DNA from: a virus
Reading direction: 5' to 3' (one strand)
DNA length: 64,000 nt
IMG/VR virus record: IMGVR_UViG_3300042305_000730
Coordinates: 1 to 64,000 of that record
This document shows positions 61,579 to 64,000 of the stretch, one piece after another. The first letter of the stretch is position 1. Each line of letters starts with the position of its first letter. The translations under genes were made by a program, and so were the position numbers. The notes under the pieces are model-generated. The model did not search any database. It saw nothing but the letters and a program-made list of their open reading frames with translations, and was not told the DNA's origin.

Positions 61579-61847
61579 TACTTGTCTCCTGACGGAATTT
61601 CCTCATTAAGTTTATCAGCATGGGCCTTTGCTTGCCATTCATGATCATATGGAACAATCCCTGCAGGGTTTACATGGGGCATTCTCCTCAACTTATCCCC
61701 CACATTCGGGGTGTACCCAATAAACCATTGCATGCCTGATGAACGAGATTGGGTAAAATCGTTTTGTTGAGAGTTACTCCCACGATAATGGTGATAACGA
61801 CCTACCTGACGTTTTGCGTTATGGCGTTCGTCCTTACCACCCGACAT
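61578..61847 (-). CDS. MPKG-leader family protein 4
   Basis: MSGGKDERHNAKRQV... Confidence 0.65.
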   Translation of the reverse strand: MSGGKDERHNAKRQVGRYHHYRGSNSQQNDFTQSRSSGMQWFIGYTPNVGDKLRRMPHVNPAGIVPYDHEWQAKAHADKLNEEIPSGDK

Positions 61848-63901
61848 TACGGATTCTTTGTGCGGGGATTGGCTTTGGTGTTAGTTGGTCGGCTAGTACG
61901 GGCTGCGTTTGGCGCACGAACATGCGCTGCTGGACCACCTGTAGATAGGACGGTTGCATTCTTATTAGTAGAAGAAGCCTTACCAGATGTGCTGGCTACT
62001 GCTGGACTCCCTACAGTGGCACCTTTTACATTTCCGTAAGTATTACCATCACCAACGTTTGCTTGAACCGTAGCGTAATTGTTGTTAATGGAACCAGTAC
62101 CACCCTTACCAGGAGTTCCACCACCGCCACTGTTGTCGTTAAATGCGTTGATGTTCTGCCCGCCAAGACCTTGTTGGTTTACATTGTGACCACCTGCAAA
62201 GAACTGCGTCCGTGAGTATGAGGGGGCAGAAGAAACTGCTGCTGGTGCTGGTGGGGTAGACCTTGAGGTTGGCGCAGAAGCACTAGGTGCTGCTGCCATT
62301 GGTGCTGCTGGTTCTGAGGATTTAACATCGCCGCCAAAGAAGCCTTTAAATCGTGATGACATGCTTGGCTTACTCGTGGCGGCTGGGGCAGCACCCTTCA
62401 CACCTAGGTCATCATCAGAAATATCATAGAAAGTTGATTTACCTGTTGATTGAATTGCTGTAGATGCTGCTGGATTAAATGGGCGAATGCTGCTTTCCCG
62501 ATTTCTACGCATTTGATTTACTGCAGCAGTGCCTTTTGCTTGACTCTTAGTTCCTGTAATGGGTGAACCTTTACCTGTCTTATCTGTGTTTAGGATGTAT
62601 GGTCCACCAGATTTCTTTTCAGTGTCTGCTTTAGCAGTAGTAGAAGGCTTAACTGCCATCTCTGCGTCTAATGCTGCATTTGCTGCTGATTCTTTAGCAG
62701 TAACTTCATCTGCTTTTGCATTGAACTCTGCATCTTCTTCAGCCGTAGGTACTCGTGGTAAAGCACTACCGTAACCACTTTTCTTTGACTTACTAAAACG
62801 ATCTACGTCAACAATGTTATTTGAACTGTCTGAACGAGGAACCTGTGCTGCTAAAACAGGCTCTGACTTTGGTGTTTCAGCAGCGGGTTCTGCTTTCTTA
62901 GCCTTACTTGGCTTTTCTTTTGGTGTTTCAGCAGGTGTCATACGTTCAACTGCCTGTGTCACTACATCTTTCTTCTTAGGTTCTGCCTTTTTCTTATCGC
63001 TTTTTTTAGCGGTAGGGGCGGATTCACGACCATCTTCAAGTTTGTAAGAGCCACCAGCAGCAATAACATCTGAAAGTAGTTGGTCCATCTCTTCTGGCTT
63101 CATTGGCTTAGTTGCTTTTTTCTTATCTGCAGCAATTTGCTTAGGGGTAGCCCATTTGCCCCTTTTCCAATCTTTTTCACTTTGTGATGGGATATAGTCT
63201 GGTTCTTTTTTCTTAGATGCCACGGGCTTCTCCAATGATTGGGGTAATGCAGGTTCTTCTACTTTACCAGTTTTAGAAAGTTCATATGCTTTTTTTACGT
63301 TTTCTAATGAATCCGTAGAGTAATAGCCATCATCACCTAGTGTCTTTTGTTTAGAAGAATTATAATTTCGTACAGAAACTGTGTCAGTGCCAAGTTTATC
63401 CCCTACTGCCCATGGGCTTAATTGGTTACCTATCCACTCAGGGATTTTATTGGGTTGAGGAATACCAAAATCTTGCCCTAATATAGGTGCTTCCCCCACA
63501 TCTATCCCGTAACTGTAATAGTCACCACCATATTCTCCAGGTTTTTTGGGTTCACCCTTTGAGTTTATTGGGCTCGGCCTATCAGAAGAGTCCATTGCCC
63601 ATTGAAACGGCGTTACTAGTCCTTTTTCTAAATAATCTGCTCTAGCATTCCATTCTTGACCAAGATAGTCATTACTATCATTTACCCCTTCCATAATCTC
63701 TTTTTGGGTATATTTGGGTTTTTTCTTTTTTGCCTCTGCCGCAGCAAGACCTGTTCTACGCTCTTTAATCCAAGTGTCGTGTTCTTGTGCTGAAAGACGA
63801 TGCTGCATCCCCAAAATTTTGTTGGCTTCTGGGACATGTATAGGGTCAACGTTGAAGCGTGTAAGCCCCTCTAGTGGGTTATCTTTCTTCTTCTTAACCA
63901 C
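61847..63901 (-). CDS. Large, mostly disordered K/A/P/S-rich protein (probable internal virion protein)
   Basis: 684 aa, low complexity. Shares a QQGLGGQN motif with 59776..60612. Confidence 0.6.
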   Translation of the reverse strand: MVKKKKDNPLEGLTRFNVDPIHVPEANKILGMQHRLSAQEHDTWIKERRTGLAAAEAKKKKPKYTQKEIMEGVNDSNDYLGQEWNARADYLEKGLVTPFQWAMDSSDRPSPINSKGEPKKPGEYGGDYYSYGIDVGEAPILGQDFGIPQPNKIPEWIGNQLSPWAVGDKLGTDTVSVRNYNSSKQKTLGDDGYYSTDSLENVKKAYELSKTGKVEEPALPQSLEKPVASKKKEPDYIPSQSEKDWKRGKWATPKQIAADKKKATKPMKPEEMDQLLSDVIAAGGSYKLEDGRESAPTAKKSDKKKAEPKKKDVVTQAVERMTPAETPKEKPSKAKKAEPAAETPKSEPVLAAQVPRSDSSNNIVDVDRFSKSKKSGYGSALPRVPTAEEDAEFNAKADEVTAKESAANAALDAEMAVKPSTTAKADTEKKSGGPYILNTDKTGKGSPITGTKSQAKGTAAVNQMRRNRESSIRPFNPAASTAIQSTGKSTFYDISDDDLGVKGAAPAATSKPSMSSRFKGFFGGDVKSSEPAAPMAAAPSASAPTSRSTPPAPAAVSSAPSYSRTQFFAGGHNVNQQGLGGQNINAFNDNSGGGGTPGKGGTGSINNNYATVQANVGDGNTYGNVKGATVGSPAVASTSGKASSTNKNATVLSTGGPAAHVRAPNAARTSRPTNTKANPRTKNP

Positions 63902-63904
63902 TAC

Positions 63905-64000
63905 TTATCTCCAAGTAGGGCGAAGAGAACTAAGTTTGGCACGGCGTTCAGCATCAATGTATTCAGCATTCTGACGCTCATCTACACGAGGGATACCTTT
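63905..64000 (-). CDS. 3' end of a gene starting outside the window
   Basis: Manual translation ...KGIPRVDERQNAEYIDAERRAKLSSLRPTWR then TAA. Confidence 0.5.
   Translation of the reverse strand, partial: KGIPRVDERQNAEYIDAERRAKLSSLRPTWR

Noticed and set aside
61847-63901. Tape measure protein
   Set aside because: The protein is Pro/Lys/Ser-rich and disordered rather than helical with TMP-type repeats, and no tail tube or chaperone genes are adjacent.
1-64000. tRNA, rRNA, integrase, transposase or host chromosomal flanks
   Set aside because: None was recognised by eye. tRNAscan-SE or Infernal would be needed to exclude small RNAs formally.

Overview
The whole window is part of a large tailed dsDNA phage genome (Caudoviricetes). 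The host is very probably an actinobacterium: there are two WhiB regulators and many leaderless TANNNT-ATG gene starts, and the portal, N4-gp56-type capsid and terminase set resembles, from recall only, the large actinobacterial myoviruses. Most genes are on the minus strand. Layout: (1) 1-14 kb head, packaging and lysis genes (neck protein, major capsid, scaffold, portal, HslV/proteasome-like Ntn protease, metallophosphoesterase, M15 endolysin cassette, terminase large subunit). (2) 14.4-20 kb sugar-modification genes next to a mucin-like secreted protein. (3) 20-35 kb fibre/adhesin module with six glycine-rich paralogues. (4) 35-43.5 kb array of small toxin-like enzymes (HicA-like RNase, HExxH peptidase, several ADP-ribosyltransferase-like proteins, three GNATs, ParB/Srx, papain-fold). 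These otherwise unrelated proteins share a short [HN]-[LIVM]-[NS]-x(1,2)-Q-F tag. This is the best candidate for an undescribed system, inferred to be a tag-addressed, capsid-packaged effector payload. (5) 43.5-44.3 kb repeat-rich non-coding junction. (6) 44.3-56 kb early-type region built from promoter-gene-terminator cassettes with an oriented TGTAATG motif. (7) 56-64 kb conserved unknowns, including a second leader family (MPKGKDTxxHxxRxV) and disordered proteins. No tRNA, CRISPR array, integrase, transposase or reverse transcriptase was recognised. All functional calls come from reading motifs by eye, not from database searches.
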